Shown here: piece by piece, positions 9,830 to 21,243 of the stretch
How positions within the stretch are numbered: position 1 is the first letter of the stretch
Layout: every line of letters begins with the position of its first letter
NCBI GenBank assembly: GCA_036567785.1
Contig: DATCTV010000034.1
Span: forward strand, 102,468 to 166,467
DNA: 64,000 nt
Direction of reading: 5' to 3'
Source: Desulfomonilia bacterium
GTDB taxonomy: Bacteria; Desulfobacterota; Desulfomonilia; UBA1062
Notes under the pieces: model-generated
What the model was told of the DNA's origin: nothing
The model's input: only the letters and a program-made list of their open reading frames with translations
Databases searched by the model: none
Translations under genes and position numbers: made by a program

Positions 9830-11479
9830 ATGGCTATCAGCCCATTGGCAGGAAAGAAGGCCCCGGCCCAAATACTCGCAAACATCCCGAAACTGATAAG
9901 CGCCTACTATGTCATAAAACCCGATCCTGAAAATCCCGCCAATCTCGTAGAATTCGGGACTTCGGGGCATCGCGGCATGTCAATGAACGGAAGCTTCAAT
10001 GAGGCGCATATCCTGGCCATCACACAGGCCATCTGTGAATACCGCAAAAACAAAAATATTACAGGCCCGCTGTTCCTCGGCATGGATACTCATGCGCTTT
10101 CAGAACCGGCCCATTCAACGGCGCTTGAGGTGCTGGCCGCAAACGGCGTCGATGTCATGATAACTAAGGAATACACCCCGACCCCTGTCATCTCGCACGC
10201 CATCCTGACCTATAACAAAGGAAGAAATTACGGGCTTGCTGATGGTATCGTTATAACACCTTCACATAATCCCCCTGACAACGGCGGCTTCAAATACAAT
10301 CCTCCCAACGGAGGGCCTGCCGATACCGATGTAACAGACCATATTGCGAAAAGGGCGAACGAACTGCTTAAAGCAGGAAATAGGAACGTAAAGCGTATTC
10401 CCTTTGAAAAGGCGATAAAGGCTCCTACAACACATGAACATGATTATATCTCGTCCTATGTGAACGACCTTAAGAATGTTGTGAAAATGGATATTGTTAA
10501 TGCAACGGGTCTTAAGCTGGGGGCAGATGCGCTGGGCGGCTCGGGACTTGGCTTCTGGCAGGTCATTGCGGATGTCTACGGTCTCGATATTGACATCATG
10601 AACAATCATGCAGATCCCACATTTTCTTTCATGACGGTGGATAAGGACGGGAAGATACGCATGGACTGCTCTTCGCCCTATGCAATGGCTGGCCTTATAA
10701 GCCACAAGGACAAATATGACCTGGCATTCGGAAACGACCCCGATTTCGACAGGCACGGCATTGTCACAAAAAGCGCAGGGCTGCTTAATCCCAACCACTA
10801 TCTCGCTGTGGCCATAAATTATCTCTTTGCCAACCGGCCCGGCTGGAAAAAAGATGCCGCAGTGGGCAAGACCCTGGTCAGCAGCTCGATGATCGACCGC
10901 GTTGCATCCAGGCTCGGCAGAAAACTGAGCGAGGTCCCTGTCGGATTCAAGTGGTTCGTTGACGGTCTTATTGACGGCTCTTACGGCTTCGGCGGTGAAG
11001 AGAGCGCAGGCGCGTCATTCCTGAGGCTTGACGGGACTGTATGGACGACGGACAAGGACGGTATCATAATGGACCTGCTCGCTGCAGAGATACTTTCAGC
11101 CACAGGCAAAGACCCGGCAGAACATTATCGTGAATTGACCGAACTTTTCGGAAACCCTGTTTATGAACGCACCGATACCGCGGCAAATGCCAGAGAGCGA
11201 AGCATCCTCAAAAAGCTCGCCCCTTCGCAGATAACAACGGAAACCCTGGCCGGTGAGAAAATCACTTCAATCCTGACGAATGCACCGGGCAACGGCGCGG
11301 CTATTGGAGGACTAAAGGTCACTGCGGAAAACGGCTGGTTCGCAGCAAGGCCATCCGGAACCGAGGACGTTTACAAGATTTACGCCGAAAGCTTCAAAGG
11401 TAAAGATCACCTGGAAAAAATTAAACAAGAGGCGCAGGATATCGTCAACTCGGCGTTCGCTGCTTCGAATGCAGGATAA
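9830..11479 (+). CDS. pgm: Phosphoglucomutase (alpha-D-glucose phosphate specific)
   Basis: 549 aa. Active-site Ser loop TSGHRG, metal loop, and sugar/phosphate-binding loops. The N-terminus parallels E. coli Pgm. AAGGAGG RBS present. Confidence 0.9.
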   Translation: MAISPLAGKKAPAQILANIPKLISAYYVIKPDPENPANLVEFGTSGHRGMSMNGSFNEAHILAITQAICEYRKNKNITGPLFLGMDTHALSEPAHSTALEVLAANGVDVMITKEYTPTPVISHAILTYNKGRNYGLADGIVITPSHNPPDNGGFKYNPPNGGPADTDVTDHIAKRANELLKAGNRNVKRIPFEKAIKAPTTHEHDYISSYVNDLKNVVKMDIVNATGLKLGADALGGSGLGFWQVIADVYGLDIDIMNNHADPTFSFMTVDKDGKIRMDCSSPYAMAGLISHKDKYDLAFGNDPDFDRHGIVTKSAGLLNPNHYLAVAINYLFANRPGWKKDAAVGKTLVSSSMIDRVASRLGRKLSEVPVGFKWFVDGLIDGSYGFGGEESAGASFLRLDGTVWTTDKDGIIMDLLAAEILSATGKDPAEHYRELTELFGNPVYERTDTAANARERSILKKLAPSQITTETLAGEKITSILTNAPGNGAAIGGLKVTAENGWFAARPSGTEDVYKIYAESFKGKDHLEKIKQEAQDIVNSAFAASNAG

Positions 11480-11505
11480 GCCCTGAAAGGGAGGCCTCAA
11501 AAATC

Positions 11506-12486
11506 ATGAAAAAGCTTGTCACCGGCTCGACCGGATTCATCGGTTCGGCAATCGTCAGAGAACTTCTCAAGGAAGGCGTTGAGGTAAAGGTCCTGACAAG
11601 AAAAACAAGCAATACGCGCAATATTGACAACCTCGATGTCGAGAAGGTTTATGGAGACATCCGCGACAGCGATTCCATGAAAAAAGCCCTTAAGGGTTGC
11701 GATACCCTTTATCTTACGGCCGCATATTTCGCGCACTGGGCACCGGACCCGAAACTGCTTTACGATGTAAATGTGGGAGGAACCAAGGCGACAATGCAGG
11801 CTGCTCTCGAAGCGGGCGTTGATAAGATCGTCTATACAAGCACGAATAATGCCATTGCCGCAAGCGGTCCCGTACCTGCAAACGAAGAGAAGGCCTTTAA
11901 TTACTGGGAAGCGCGCGACCACTACTCCATGTCCAAATATATTGCGGAAAACGAGGTAAGGATTTTCATCACGAGAGGACTTCCGGTCGTTATTGTCAAT
12001 CCCACGCTGGTCATCGGCGTGAACGATATAAAACCGACACCGTCAGGTCAAATGATCATAGATGTCGCCAGACGAAAGATGCCCGGCTACATAGACGGCG
12101 GTGTGAACATCATCGATGTCGAAGATGTCGCCAGAGGCCACATCCTCGCGGCGAAAAAAGGCAGGGTTGGTGAAAGATACCTACTGGGAAACAGAAACAT
12201 AACGGTTCATGATTATCTTTGGCTTATTGCGGATATTGCGGGAGTGAAACCGCCCGCCTTGAAACTGCCGTACCACCTTGCGCTTGCGTTCGGATATGCG
12301 TTCGAACTAATTGCAAATCTGACGAAAAAGCCCCCTGTCGTGACAGCCAGCGAGGTAAGGATAGGTAAAATGACCGAGTGGTATGACTGTTCAAAGGCGG
12401 TGAACGAACTCGGCCTGCCCCAGACGCCGATCGATGTGACTATCAGAAAGGCTCTCAACTGGTTCAGGGAAAACGGTTATCTTTAG
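11506..12486 (+). CDS. NAD-dependent epimerase/dehydratase (extended SDR family)
   Basis: Rossmann motif VTGSTGFIGSAIV at the N-terminus and an extended-SDR catalytic YxxxK region, 326 aa. Confidence 0.75.
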   Translation: MKKLVTGSTGFIGSAIVRELLKEGVEVKVLTRKTSNTRNIDNLDVEKVYGDIRDSDSMKKALKGCDTLYLTAAYFAHWAPDPKLLYDVNVGGTKATMQAALEAGVDKIVYTSTNNAIAASGPVPANEEKAFNYWEARDHYSMSKYIAENEVRIFITRGLPVVIVNPTLVIGVNDIKPTPSGQMIIDVARRKMPGYIDGGVNIIDVEDVARGHILAAKKGRVGERYLLGNRNITVHDYLWLIADIAGVKPPALKLPYHLALAFGYAFELIANLTKKPPVVTASEVRIGKMTEWYDCSKAVNELGLPQTPIDVTIRKALNWFRENGYL

Positions 12487-12522
12487 AGATATTCTATATT
12501 GGATCAGACTGAGGGACAGAGA

Positions 12523-12554
12523 GTGAGCAGCAAAGATTCAAACCTGCTGCTCAC
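12523..12554. terminator. Stem-loop between the convergent epimerase and lon genes (GTGAGCAGCA-12nt-TGCTGCTCAC)
   Basis: 10-bp perfect inverted repeat at 12523-12532 and 12545-12554 in the 85-bp convergent intergenic gap. The flanking T-tracts are weak. Confidence 0.4.
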
Positions 12555-12571
12555 TTATCGACAGGATTTAA

Positions 12572-14932
12572 CTATTTAACAAAAACCAGTTCCAGCACTT
12601 CATCCATATTGCTTACGGGATGGAAGTTTATTTTCTTGCGTACCTCTGTCGGTATATCCTCGAGGTCCTTTTCATTATCCTTCGGGATGATTATATCGAA
12701 TATCTTGTTTCTGTGTGCGGCAAGGGCCTTTTCCTTGAGTCCGCCGATAGGAAGCACCTTGCCCCTCAATGTAATCTCACCGGTCATCGCTATGTCTTTC
12801 CTGACCGCCCGGTTGGTAAGCGCGGAGATTGTAGCAACCGCCATTGTTATTCCGGCGGAAGGACCGTCTTTGGGAATCCCCCCGGCAGGCACATGGATAT
12901 GTACATCCTTTTCCTTGTTGAAGCTTGGGGAAATCCCGAGCTGTTCCGCACGTGAACGGATATATGATATACCTGCCTGTGCAGATTCCTTCATGACGTC
13001 TCCAAGATGTCCGGTAAGGACAAGTCCGCCGCCCTTTCCGTCCTGGCTCTGCACCACCGAGACTTCTATATAAAGGATCTCGCCGCCGAACTGCGTCCAA
13101 GCAAGACCTGTCGAAACGCCCACTTCGTGTTCCGTTCTCTCCTGTTCCGGGAGGAATTTCTGAACACCGAGATAATTGTGTACGTTTTTGGCAGTCACCC
13201 TGTATTTCTTTTTGCGCTTACTCTCTTTTTCTGCGATGTCGCGGGCGATCTTTCTGCAGATCGAACCGATTTCACGTTCAAGATTCCTTACACCGGCCTC
13301 TTTTGTGTAATGGTTGATTATGTCGAGTATCGAATCGTCTGAAAAATCTATGTCCGCTTCGACCATGCCGTTTTCCTTGATTTGCCTCGGCACAAGATAG
13401 CGTTTTGCAATCTGGAGCTTTTCATGATCGGTATATCCCGGCAGCTCAATGATCTCCATACGGTCTCGAAGCGGTCCCGGAATCGGGTCAATAAGATTTG
13501 CTGTAGTAATAAACATGACCTTTGAAAGGTCGAAGGGGACATTCAGGTAATGATCCTGGAAGCTGAAGTTCTGCTCAGGGTCAAGGACTTCAAGCAGTGC
13601 GGACGAAGGGTCTCCCCTGAAATCCTGGCCTATCTTGTCGACTTCATCAATCATGAAGACAGGGTTGTTGGAGCCTGTATGCTTTATTCCCTGTATGATT
13701 CTGCCGGGCAGTGCGCCGATATAGGTACGTCTGTGCCCCCTGATCTCAGCCTCGTCCCTTACTCCTCCGATTGACAGCCGGTAGAAGTTTCTTCCAATAG
13801 ACCTCGCTATCGAACGGCCCAGAGAGGTCTTTCCGACACCCGGAGGCCCTACGAAACAGAGGATGGCGCCTTTCTTGTCAGGATTTAGTTTCCTAACAGC
13901 AAGATATTCGAGGATCCTCTGCTTTACCTTTTCAAGGCCGTAATGGTCTTCTTCCAGTACCTTGTCCGCTTCCTTTATATTGAGCTTGTCGTCAGTGGAT
14001 ATTGACCAGGGAAGCTCCACCATCCAGTCGAGATATGTCCTGATGATATTCGCCTCGGCGGAATCGTGGTGCATCATCTTGAGCCTGTCAAGCTGCTTCG
14101 TTGCCTCTTTTGCAACCTCTTCAGGCATTTTGGCCTTGTCGATCTTCTGCCTGTACTCATCGACCTCCTTGCCCTTGTCGTCGACCTCGCCCAGTTCGTT
14201 CTGTATCTGGCGCATCTGCTCGCGGAGGAAATATTCCCTCTGGGTCTTGTTCATTTCGTCCTTGGCCTGATTCTGTATCCTTGCCTGAACCTCGGTAAGT
14301 TCCATCTCCTTGGTAAGCAGTGAATTTACATGCTTGAGCCTCTCGATCGGGTCGACTATTTCCAGGACATTCTGGGATTCGTCCACCTTGAGCCTGAGGT
14401 TCGATGCAACCAAATCGGCAAGCCTGCCGGGATCATCGATCGCCTCAAGAATGGAAAGGGCGTCCGGCGAGACGATGCCCCTCAACTGGAGTATGCGCTC
14501 GGATTGTTCCTTTACGGATCTCATAAGCGCTTCTATCTCTACGGTGAACTCCTTGATCTCGGGTTCTTCAATCCTTTCGATGTCGACTGTATAGAATCCC
14601 CTGTCGTCCTTAATGAAGTTTTTGATCCTCGCCTTTGCAACACCCTGTACAAGTATCTTCACCCTGCCGTCCGGAAGTTTCAGCATCCTTATCACCATGG
14701 CAATTGTCCCCATGGTATAGATCTGTTCGGGTTCAGGCTCTTCAACGGAAGAATCCTTCTGCGCCACCAAAAAAATAAACCGGTCCTTGTTAAGAGCCTC
14801 ATCGACAGCCTTTATCGAAAGCCCGCGGCCTACAAACAGCGGGAGTATCATATATGGGTAGATAACTACATCCCTGACCGGCAGCAATGGCACGTTGCCA
14901 GGGATTTCTATTGCCTGCTTCTCATTTTCCAT
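12572..14932 (-). CDS. lon: ATP-dependent Lon protease
   Basis: 786 aa: LON N-domain, AAA+ module (GPPGVGKTS), and a C-terminal Ser-Lys protease domain (…[10 protein letters not shown]…). Confidence 0.95.
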   Translation of the reverse strand: MENEKQAIEIPGNVPLLPVRDVVIYPYMILPLFVGRGLSIKAVDEALNKDRFIFLVAQKDSSVEEPEPEQIYTMGTIAMVIRMLKLPDGRVKILVQGVAKARIKNFIKDDRGFYTVDIERIEEPEIKEFTVEIEALMRSVKEQSERILQLRGIVSPDALSILEAIDDPGRLADLVASNLRLKVDESQNVLEIVDPIERLKHVNSLLTKEMELTEVQARIQNQAKDEMNKTQREYFLREQMRQIQNELGEVDDKGKEVDEYRQKIDKAKMPEEVAKEATKQLDRLKMMHHDSAEANIIRTYLDWMVELPWSISTDDKLNIKEADKVLEEDHYGLEKVKQRILEYLAVRKLNPDKKGAILCFVGPPGVGKTSLGRSIARSIGRNFYRLSIGGVRDEAEIRGHRRTYIGALPGRIIQGIKHTGSNNPVFMIDEVDKIGQDFRGDPSSALLEVLDPEQNFSFQDHYLNVPFDLSKVMFITTANLIDPIPGPLRDRMEIIELPGYTDHEKLQIAKRYLVPRQIKENGMVEADIDFSDDSILDIINHYTKEAGVRNLEREIGSICRKIARDIAEKESKRKKKYRVTAKNVHNYLGVQKFLPEQERTEHEVGVSTGLAWTQFGGEILYIEVSVVQSQDGKGGGLVLTGHLGDVMKESAQAGISYIRSRAEQLGISPSFNKEKDVHIHVPAGGIPKDGPSAGITMAVATISALTNRAVRKDIAMTGEITLRGKVLPIGGLKEKALAAHRNKIFDIIIPKDNEKDLEDIPTEVRKKINFHPVSNMDEVLELVFVK

Positions 14933-14952
14933 TCGTCTCTCCTGAAAAAGTT

Positions 14953-15354
14953 CTATTTTACCTCTATACGCTTAACCATCTCCACCTTGTTTTCCGAACG
15001 CGCGATTCTTACCGTCAAAACCCCGTCCTTGAATTTTGCGTCAATATTTTCAAGGTTGAATCTTTCCGGAATCTCAAGTTCACGGCTGAATCCGCCAAAG
15101 CTCCTTTCCATTCTGATATATCTTACCCCGCCCCCTGAAAGCGGGTCTTTTTTCATGCCGCTTATTCTTAACGTATTGCCGATTATCTCCACATTGACAT
15201 CTTCCTGCATAACCCCGGGAATTTCCATCTCGATAAAAAGATCATCGGAACTCTCATATACGTCAATCGAGGGATAACAAATACCCAGCCTTTCTTCCCC
15301 CATTTCCGGTCCGAGCAGAAAGCCCATTATTTCCTGAAACTTAAGGTTTATCAT
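14953..15354 (-). CDS. Small heat-shock protein, Hsp20/alpha-crystallin family
   Basis: 133 aa with the alpha-crystallin domain signature (…[18 protein letters not shown]…GVLTVRI). Sits immediately upstream of lon on the same strand. Confidence 0.85.
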   Translation of the reverse strand: MINLKFQEIMGFLLGPEMGEERLGICYPSIDVYESSDDLFIEMEIPGVMQEDVNVEIIGNTLRISGMKKDPLSGGGVRYIRMERSFGGFSRELEIPERFNLENIDAKFKDGVLTVRIARSENKVEMVKRIEVK

Positions 15355-15382
15355 AATTTTCTCCGCAAATTATTATAAGGTT

Positions 15383-15412
15383 CTTAATAGGACTACATCG
15401 GGATATGTCAAG
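15383..15412 (-). promoter_or_regulatory. Candidate sigma-32-like heat-shock promoter for hsp20-lon
   Basis: On the minus strand: CTTGACA-13nt-TCCTATTA, about 30 nt upstream of the hsp20 start codon. Only a partial match to the CTTGAAA / CCCCATnT consensus. Confidence 0.25.
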
Positions 15413-15430
15413 CATCCCTTAAATTTATTA

Positions 15431-15640
15431 TTAGGGACGCTTTCCTCCCCAGGGATTTTTTTCCGGATTCTCATGACAATCGCTGCAGAAAGCTTTAGGG
15501 TCGATGTGACCGCAGCCGTAACTCCACAAGTCGAATATACGGCATTTTTCACATAATGCACGAGAACATCCGTCGCACAAAACGACGGCTTCCCTAAACC
15601 CGCACTTTTCACATATCCGGCTGTTTCCTGATAGAATCAT
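15431..15640 (-). CDS. Small cysteine-rich (11 Cys) hypothetical protein, zinc-ribbon-like
   Basis: 69-aa ORF with repeated CxxC pairs (CEKCG…CDGC…CEKC…CSDC). Located upstream of hsp20-lon. No other support. Confidence 0.35.
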   Translation of the reverse strand: MILSGNSRICEKCGFREAVVLCDGCSRALCEKCRIFDLWSYGCGHIDPKAFCSDCHENPEKNPWGGKRP

Positions 15641-15798
15641 TTTCCTACTCTCTTAATAATATTAACAGAAATCGTATGATTCAGGGAGCTCTAATAAATA
15701 TAATATATAACTATAATTTATAATTCTATATTGTTGACACGTTCAAGGCCATTTGTTAAAAGTTCGACGGTTTTCCATACTTTCTTAGGGGGTGCCGC

Positions 15799-17373
15799 TT
15801 GAAAATTCTGGTAAGTGATAAGCTTTCAGCACGAGGAGAAGAAATACTTAAAGAAGGTGGACTTAAAGTCGACGTAAAAACGGGCCTTAAACCTGATGAA
15901 CTCAAAGAGATTATCGGTGATTATGACGGCCTAGTCGTAAGATCCGCCACAAAGGCGACAGCAGAGATCATTGCTGCCGGTAAAAAACTCAAGGTAATCG
16001 GTCGCGCAGGCGCGGGTGTTGACAATATCGATTCTGAAGCAGCAAGCAAACAGGGTATTGTTGTCATGAACACACCGGGCGGCAATACGGTAACGACTGG
16101 AGAACACGCAATCGCAATGCTTATGGCTCTTACACGTTTTATTCCCCAGGCAACCGCTTCAATGAAGGCTCAAAAATGGGACAAAAAAAGTTTTGAAGGC
16201 CGCGAGGTCTTTAACAAGACTCTGGGAATAGTCGGAATCGGCAGGGTAGGGACAATCGTTGCGACAAGGGCGATTGGCCTCAAAATGAATGTTATCGCCT
16301 ATGACCCGTTCATATCGAAAGAAGCCGCGGACAATATGGGCGTTGAGCTGGTTTCTCTGGATGAACTCTATGCAAGAAGCGACTACATTTCGGTTCATAC
16401 CCCCAAATCAAAGGATACAATAGGGCTTCTGGGAAAAGATGCTTTTGCCAAGATGAAAAAAGGTGTCATGGTCATCAATTGCGCAAGGGGTGGAATCGTT
16501 GACGAAAAAGCCCTTATCGAAGCCCTCGATTCAGGAAAGGTGGCAGGCGCGGCAATTGATGTGTTCGAGAAGGAACCGCCTGAGGACTGGTCTCTTCCTC
16601 TTCACCCGAAGGTCATCTGCACACCGCATCTCGGTGCTTCCACGGAAGAGGCGCAGGAAAACGTGGCAATAGCCATAGCCGAGCAGATAGTCGATTACCT
16701 CAACAATGGCGTTATCAGAAACGCAGTGAATGCGCCTTCGGTAGGGCCGGATATGCTTCCCAAAGTAAAACCCTATATTGAACTTGCCGAAAAAATGGGG
16801 CTTTTCATGGGCCAGCTCATTTCCGGAAGGATCCGCAAAGTCAACGTCAATTATTGCGGCGGGGCTTCCGGCATAGAGACGAAACCGGTAACGATTTCAA
16901 TGCTCAAAGGGCTGTTTGCGGCCATCATGGATGACGTCAATTTTATCAATGCGCCCATTATAGCCAAAGAGCGCGGCATAGAAGTCGTTGAATCCAGAAC
17001 CGAGAAAGAAGAAATATTTACAAACACCCTGGAACTTGTAGTCCATCTTGATACAGGTAAACGCTACCTGGCAGGCGCCGTCTTCACTCAGGACGACCTC
17101 AGAATAGTCAAGATAGACAATTATCCGATAGAAGTCACCCCGGAAGGCAATATGCTCGTTATCTACAATAAAGACCTGCCGGGAACCGTCGGAAAGATAG
17201 CTTCCACTCTGGGAGATGATAAAATCAATATCGCAAGACTTTTCCTCGGCAGGGACAAGAAGAAAGGCACCGCGATAATAATCATCAATCTGGATGCGGA
17301 AGTGCCTGAGTCTGTTGCTGAAAAGATCAGGAATGTTTCAAACACCCTATCGGTTCAAAAGGTTACAATCTGA
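15799..17373 (+). CDS. serA: D-3-phosphoglycerate dehydrogenase with C-terminal ACT domain
   Basis: 524 aa. 2-hydroxyacid dehydrogenase NAD-binding motif GIVGIGRVG, catalytic R/E/H pattern, and an ACT regulatory domain. TTG start with an AGGGGG RBS. Confidence 0.9.
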   Translation: MKILVSDKLSARGEEILKEGGLKVDVKTGLKPDELKEIIGDYDGLVVRSATKATAEIIAAGKKLKVIGRAGAGVDNIDSEAASKQGIVVMNTPGGNTVTTGEHAIAMLMALTRFIPQATASMKAQKWDKKSFEGREVFNKTLGIVGIGRVGTIVATRAIGLKMNVIAYDPFISKEAADNMGVELVSLDELYARSDYISVHTPKSKDTIGLLGKDAFAKMKKGVMVINCARGGIVDEKALIEALDSGKVAGAAIDVFEKEPPEDWSLPLHPKVICTPHLGASTEEAQENVAIAIAEQIVDYLNNGVIRNAVNAPSVGPDMLPKVKPYIELAEKMGLFMGQLISGRIRKVNVNYCGGASGIETKPVTISMLKGLFAAIMDDVNFINAPIIAKERGIEVVESRTEKEEIFTNTLELVVHLDTGKRYLAGAVFTQDDLRIVKIDNYPIEVTPEGNMLVIYNKDLPGTVGKIASTLGDDKINIARLFLGRDKKKGTAIIIINLDAEVPESVAEKIRNVSNTLSVQKVTI

Positions 17374-17386
17374 CAGGAGAATAATA

Positions 17387-18664
17387 ATGGCGAATCTAGT
17401 AATTGTCGGCGCGCAGTGGGGAGATGAGGGCAAGGGAAAGGTCGTTGATCTCCTTACGGAAAAAGCCGACCTCATCATACGATTTCAGGGTGGAAACAAT
17501 GCAGGTCATACTCTTGTAATAGGCGACAACAAGGTCGTGCTCCACCTTATACCTTCAGGCATACTTCATAAAAACAAGATGTGCGTGATCGGTTCCGGCG
17601 TTGTGCTGGACCCGGAAATCCTTCTTGGCGAAATAGATGCGTTGAGATTGAAAGGGCATGAGGTTTCACCGGAAACGGTTGCAATCAGCGACCGGGCTCA
17701 TGTTATCATGCCTTACCACAAGGTGATCGACCATGCCCGTGACGCTGCACGTATCGGTACGACAGGCAGAGGGATCGGGCCCGCATATGAAGACAAGGCC
17801 CGAAGAACAGGCATACGCGTGATAGACCTTATCAATCCAGGACTGTTAAGAAATAAAATCGAAGCCTTCTGGGATGAGCGCCAGGAATATATAACAAAAA
17901 TCCTCAAGGCCAAGGCCCCGGACAAGGATGAACTCATCGAAAAACACATAATATTGGGAGAACGTCTGAAACCATTTGTTACCGATGCCTCAATCCTTAT
18001 CGACAAGGCAGTCAGGTCAGGCAAAAGTCTTTTATTCGAAGGAGCACAGGGTGGAAATCTCGACATGGACTTCGGGACATATCCATTTGTCACATCTTCA
18101 AACACCATTGCAGGCGCCGCCTGCACCGGTTCAGGTATCGGGCCAACCAGGATTGACAAAGTCCTCGGCATTTGCAAGGCATACACGACGAGGGTCGGCG
18201 GTGGTCCTTTCCCGACTGAACTGACGGATGAACTGGGCGAAAGGCTGCGCGCCTTCGGCGGTGAATATGGTGCGACAACCGGAAGGCCCAGAAGATGCGG
18301 ATGGCTTGACCTTGTGGCGCTAAGACACACAGTCCGCCTCAGTTCAATAAGCCATCTTGCCATAACAAAGCTCGATGTCCTCTCAGGTCTTGAAACGTTA
18401 AAGGTCGCCACGGCCTACAGATCAGGAAATACGGTCATGGAAAGTATGCCGGCCGATCTGGAGCTTTATCCCGAAATTGATATTGCCTATGACGAACTCC
18501 CCGGATGGGAAGAAAATATTTCAGACATAAAGAAATTTGATGATCTTCCTGCAAGCTGCAAGGCATATATCGCGTACATTGAAAATAAGCTCGGAGTTAA
18601 GGCTGCAATAATATCAACCGGACCGAAACGGGATCAGACGATAATCGTAGAAGATTTATTATAA
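17387..18664 (+). CDS. purA: Adenylosuccinate synthetase
   Basis: MANLVIVGAQWGDEGKGKVVD N-terminus, GTP-binding and IMP-binding loops. The ATG at 17387 has an RBS and lies 14 nt after the serA stop. The track ORF at 17294 is an upstream in-frame extension. Confidence 0.95.
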   Translation: MANLVIVGAQWGDEGKGKVVDLLTEKADLIIRFQGGNNAGHTLVIGDNKVVLHLIPSGILHKNKMCVIGSGVVLDPEILLGEIDALRLKGHEVSPETVAISDRAHVIMPYHKVIDHARDAARIGTTGRGIGPAYEDKARRTGIRVIDLINPGLLRNKIEAFWDERQEYITKILKAKAPDKDELIEKHIILGERLKPFVTDASILIDKAVRSGKSLLFEGAQGGNLDMDFGTYPFVTSSNTIAGAACTGSGIGPTRIDKVLGICKAYTTRVGGGPFPTELTDELGERLRAFGGEYGATTGRPRRCGWLDLVALRHTVRLSSISHLAITKLDVLSGLETLKVATAYRSGNTVMESMPADLELYPEIDIAYDELPGWEENISDIKKFDDLPASCKAYIAYIENKLGVKAAIISTGPKRDQTIIVEDLL

Positions 18665-18667
18665 AAC

Positions 18668-18699
18668 AAAGGGCCGGAAAACCGGCCCTCTTTTTTTAT
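18668..18699. terminator. Rho-independent terminator shared by purA (+) and the convergent minus-strand genes
   Basis: GGGCCGG-aaaa-CCGGCCC stem at 18671-18689 followed by TCTTTTTTTAT. An A-tract on the 5' side makes it bidirectional. Confidence 0.8.
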
Positions 18700-18732
18700 C
18701 ATGCAGCGCTGACCGCGCTGCTTCCATCAGCC

Positions 18733-18921
18733 TCAGGTTGGACCGCACGAAGTCGACGAACATGTTCCGCACCCGGATTTCCCCGAAGCGGTCATGGACA
18801 TTTTTTTTATTACATCCTCTGATTCGCATTTGGGACATTTGATCTTATCTTTACTGCTCAAAGAAACCAGCTTTTCAAAATCATTATCGCATTTTTTACA
18901 TCTGTATTCATAGATGGGCAT
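18733..18921 (-). CDS. FmdB-family zinc-ribbon protein
   Basis: MPIYEYRCKKCDNDFEKL…CPKCES… is the canonical FmdB/zinc-ribbon N-terminus with two CxxC pairs; 62 aa. Confidence 0.7.
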   Translation of the reverse strand: MPIYEYRCKKCDNDFEKLVSLSSKDKIKCPKCESEDVIKKMSMTASGKSGCGTCSSTSCGPT

Positions 18922-18982
18922 GGTCCTCTCCTTTCGTATTTTTTGAGTAGTGCCTGAGCTTTATTTTGTCAAGGTATCCCAT

Positions 18983-20245
18983 TCATTCCAGGCCGTTCGC
19001 TGCTATCACCTTTGCATACCACTTTCCGCCCTCCTTTATCGTGCGCTTCTGAGTGGCAAAGTCTATATTAATCAGACCGAATCTCATTTCATAGCCCTTG
19101 TCCCATTCATAGTTGTCGGTCAGCGACCAGCACATATAGCCCTTGACCGGTATACCGTTCTCTATCGCTTTGTGAACCTGCCTGATATGGGCATCCATAT
19201 AGAATATCCTTTGAGTTTCATCTGTTGTTCCTATACCGTTTTCCGTTACTATTACAGGCAGTTTTACCTCATTTCCTAGATATTCGAGGCAGTCATATAT
19301 ACCCTCGGGATAGATAACCCAGTCCATGTCTGTTACAGTGTCTCCCGGCTTCGATGGTATGTTGGTCAACCCTTTCTGGTAGCTTGAACTGTAATAGTTG
19401 AGGCCTATGAAATCCATTGCACCTTTCAAACCCGGGAATTCATCCCACAGGCCTAATGGCGGTCCGATTTTCCCTGTCTTTACACCTTCGAAAAACCTGA
19501 GGTTGGCCGTGATATCGGCAAATCTTGCACCGGCCCTGTCAATGAATACATCTGGCCTGTAGGGCCTGAAGTGCATAAAGGCGAATGCAACCCCGACAGG
19601 AGCCTCCGGGTAATATTTCTTAATCGTATGAAAGGATGCCTGATGCATGTCGAAAAAAGTCCGATAAACCTTTATAAACGCGACAGGATTCTTTTTGTAT
19701 GGAGGAAACTGCCCGGCGAAGTATCCGCCCAGAGGCACGACATTCGGCTCGTTTATCGGCAGCCAGTAGTCGACAAGATCGCCCAGTGAGCTTACGATAA
19801 CATCAAGATAATCCTTGAAATGCTTCATGAAAACAGGCCTGTTTTCAAATCCTCCGTAGGCCAGCACCCATATGGGAATAGTAAAATGATGCAGGCAGAG
19901 CATGACCTTGATGCCGTTTTTTTTCAAGGCCTCAAGAATTTTCCGGTAATGGGCGATGGCGGCTTCGTCCGTTTTGCCTTCCGACGGTATCACCCTTGAC
20001 CATTCAATTGACGGACGGTGAATCATCACGCCGAGTTCCCTTGCAAGGGTATAGTCCTCTTCATATCTGTTCCAGTGATCACATGCATTTCCGCAGGGTT
20101 CTTTGAATTTTCTCTGTCCGACAGGTTTCCTCATATCCATCTTTTCCATGAAGTACCAGTCGTTGTTGAAATTTCCCCCTTCTGTCTGATATGCCGATGC
20201 GGCCGTGCCCCACATGAAGCCTTTTGGAAATAAGACTTTATCCAT
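18983..20245 (-). CDS. Glycoside hydrolase family 1 beta-glucosidase
   Basis: GH1 N-terminal signature FPKGFMWGTAASAYQTEGG, catalytic NEP acid/base and ENG nucleophile regions. The preferred start is the ATG at 20245 (GGGGAG RBS) rather than the track start at 20287. Confidence 0.85.
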   Translation of the reverse strand: MDKVLFPKGFMWGTAASAYQTEGGNFNNDWYFMEKMDMRKPVGQRKFKEPCGNACDHWNRYEEDYTLARELGVMIHRPSIEWSRVIPSEGKTDEAAIAHYRKILEALKKNGIKVMLCLHHFTIPIWVLAYGGFENRPVFMKHFKDYLDVIVSSLGDLVDYWLPINEPNVVPLGGYFAGQFPPYKKNPVAFIKVYRTFFDMHQASFHTIKKYYPEAPVGVAFAFMHFRPYRPDVFIDRAGARFADITANLRFFEGVKTGKIGPPLGLWDEFPGLKGAMDFIGLNYYSSSYQKGLTNIPSKPGDTVTDMDWVIYPEGIYDCLEYLGNEVKLPVIVTENGIGTTDETQRIFYMDAHIRQVHKAIENGIPVKGYMCWSLTDNYEWDKGYEMRFGLINIDFATQKRTIKEGGKWYAKVIAANGLE

Positions 20246-20398
20246 TTTTAATCTCCCCGGGTTTTGATATCCGTCAAGTATACTCAATACCTGCCTTCAT
20301 CAAGGAATAAAATTTCAGAAAAATCCCTATGGACAACAACACTGGAATTTCAGATACTATTGATGATTATTTGATATTCAATAAATGGAGGATTTGCC

Positions 20399-21094
20399 GT
20401 GAAGGCACTGCTGGACAGATTTATCAGACACCTGCAAACAGGCATAAGCATAAAGGAACGATTTATCTGCACTGTAGTAATGTATCTGTTTTTCTGTATC
20501 GCATATCTTGCCGCCAACCGTTTCATAGACATGAGAAGCTGCCATAATATTTCCACTCCGGTTGATGAAGCGCTGCCGTTCATGCCCTATTTTATTTATC
20601 CGTATTCATTCATTTATGTTTTTTCCATGCTTCCTTCGCTGGTATGTGAAAACCGTTCTCTTTATTTCAGAACGGTCGTCGGCAGCGGCCTGCTCATTAT
20701 AATTTCAGCAGCAATATTCGTCGTTTTTCCCGTAAGCATCCCCAGGTCATATGATCTCCCCGCCGGTTTCACGGGATGGGTATTTTCCCAGCTTGACTGG
20801 ATTGACAATCCAGTTTGCGGATTTCCAAGCCTGCATGTAGGATTGACGATGCTTGCCACTTTTTGCGTCTTCAGGGAAAACCGCATACTAGGCTGGTTCT
20901 GCGTTGTAGTTGCAATGCTTACGGTCTTGTCCACCCTGCTCACCAAACAGCATGTATTATGGGATGTAGCAGGCGGTGCTGTCATGGCGATATCAATTGA
21001 CCTTCTTATACTGCGAAACTGGATAAATTATCTTATCCCCCTTGAATACGCCAGGCAGGAGTTCAACAGGGTAAGAAACAATTTCAAATTTTAA
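20399..21094 (+). CDS. PAP2-superfamily integral membrane phosphatase/transferase-like protein
   Basis: Five or six TM helices with PAP2 motifs (PSLHVGLT; KQHVLWDVAGG). GTG start with a GGAGG RBS 7 nt upstream. Confidence 0.55.
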   Translation: MKALLDRFIRHLQTGISIKERFICTVVMYLFFCIAYLAANRFIDMRSCHNISTPVDEALPFMPYFIYPYSFIYVFSMLPSLVCENRSLYFRTVVGSGLLIIISAAIFVVFPVSIPRSYDLPAGFTGWVFSQLDWIDNPVCGFPSLHVGLTMLATFCVFRENRILGWFCVVVAMLTVLSTLLTKQHVLWDVAGGAVMAISIDLLILRNWINYLIPLEYARQEFNRVRNNFKF

Positions 21095-21243
21095 ATTTAA
21101 TAACCGGCAGCAAGACATCTTCAAAATAAGGTTTTTCGAATATAAAATTAAGGATATTCATAATTTTTATAAAATCATTACGGGTCTATCATGTCATAAA
21201 CCTTTAAGCATTTTATCATTCCTGAACCGTAAAAGGAGAGTTT

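Noticed and set aside
14330-15277. 315-aa plus-strand ORF
   Set aside because: Antisense to lon and hsp20, both unambiguous. No motifs.
17713-18411. 232-aa minus-strand ORF
   Set aside because: Antisense within purA. Pro/Ser-rich nonsense.
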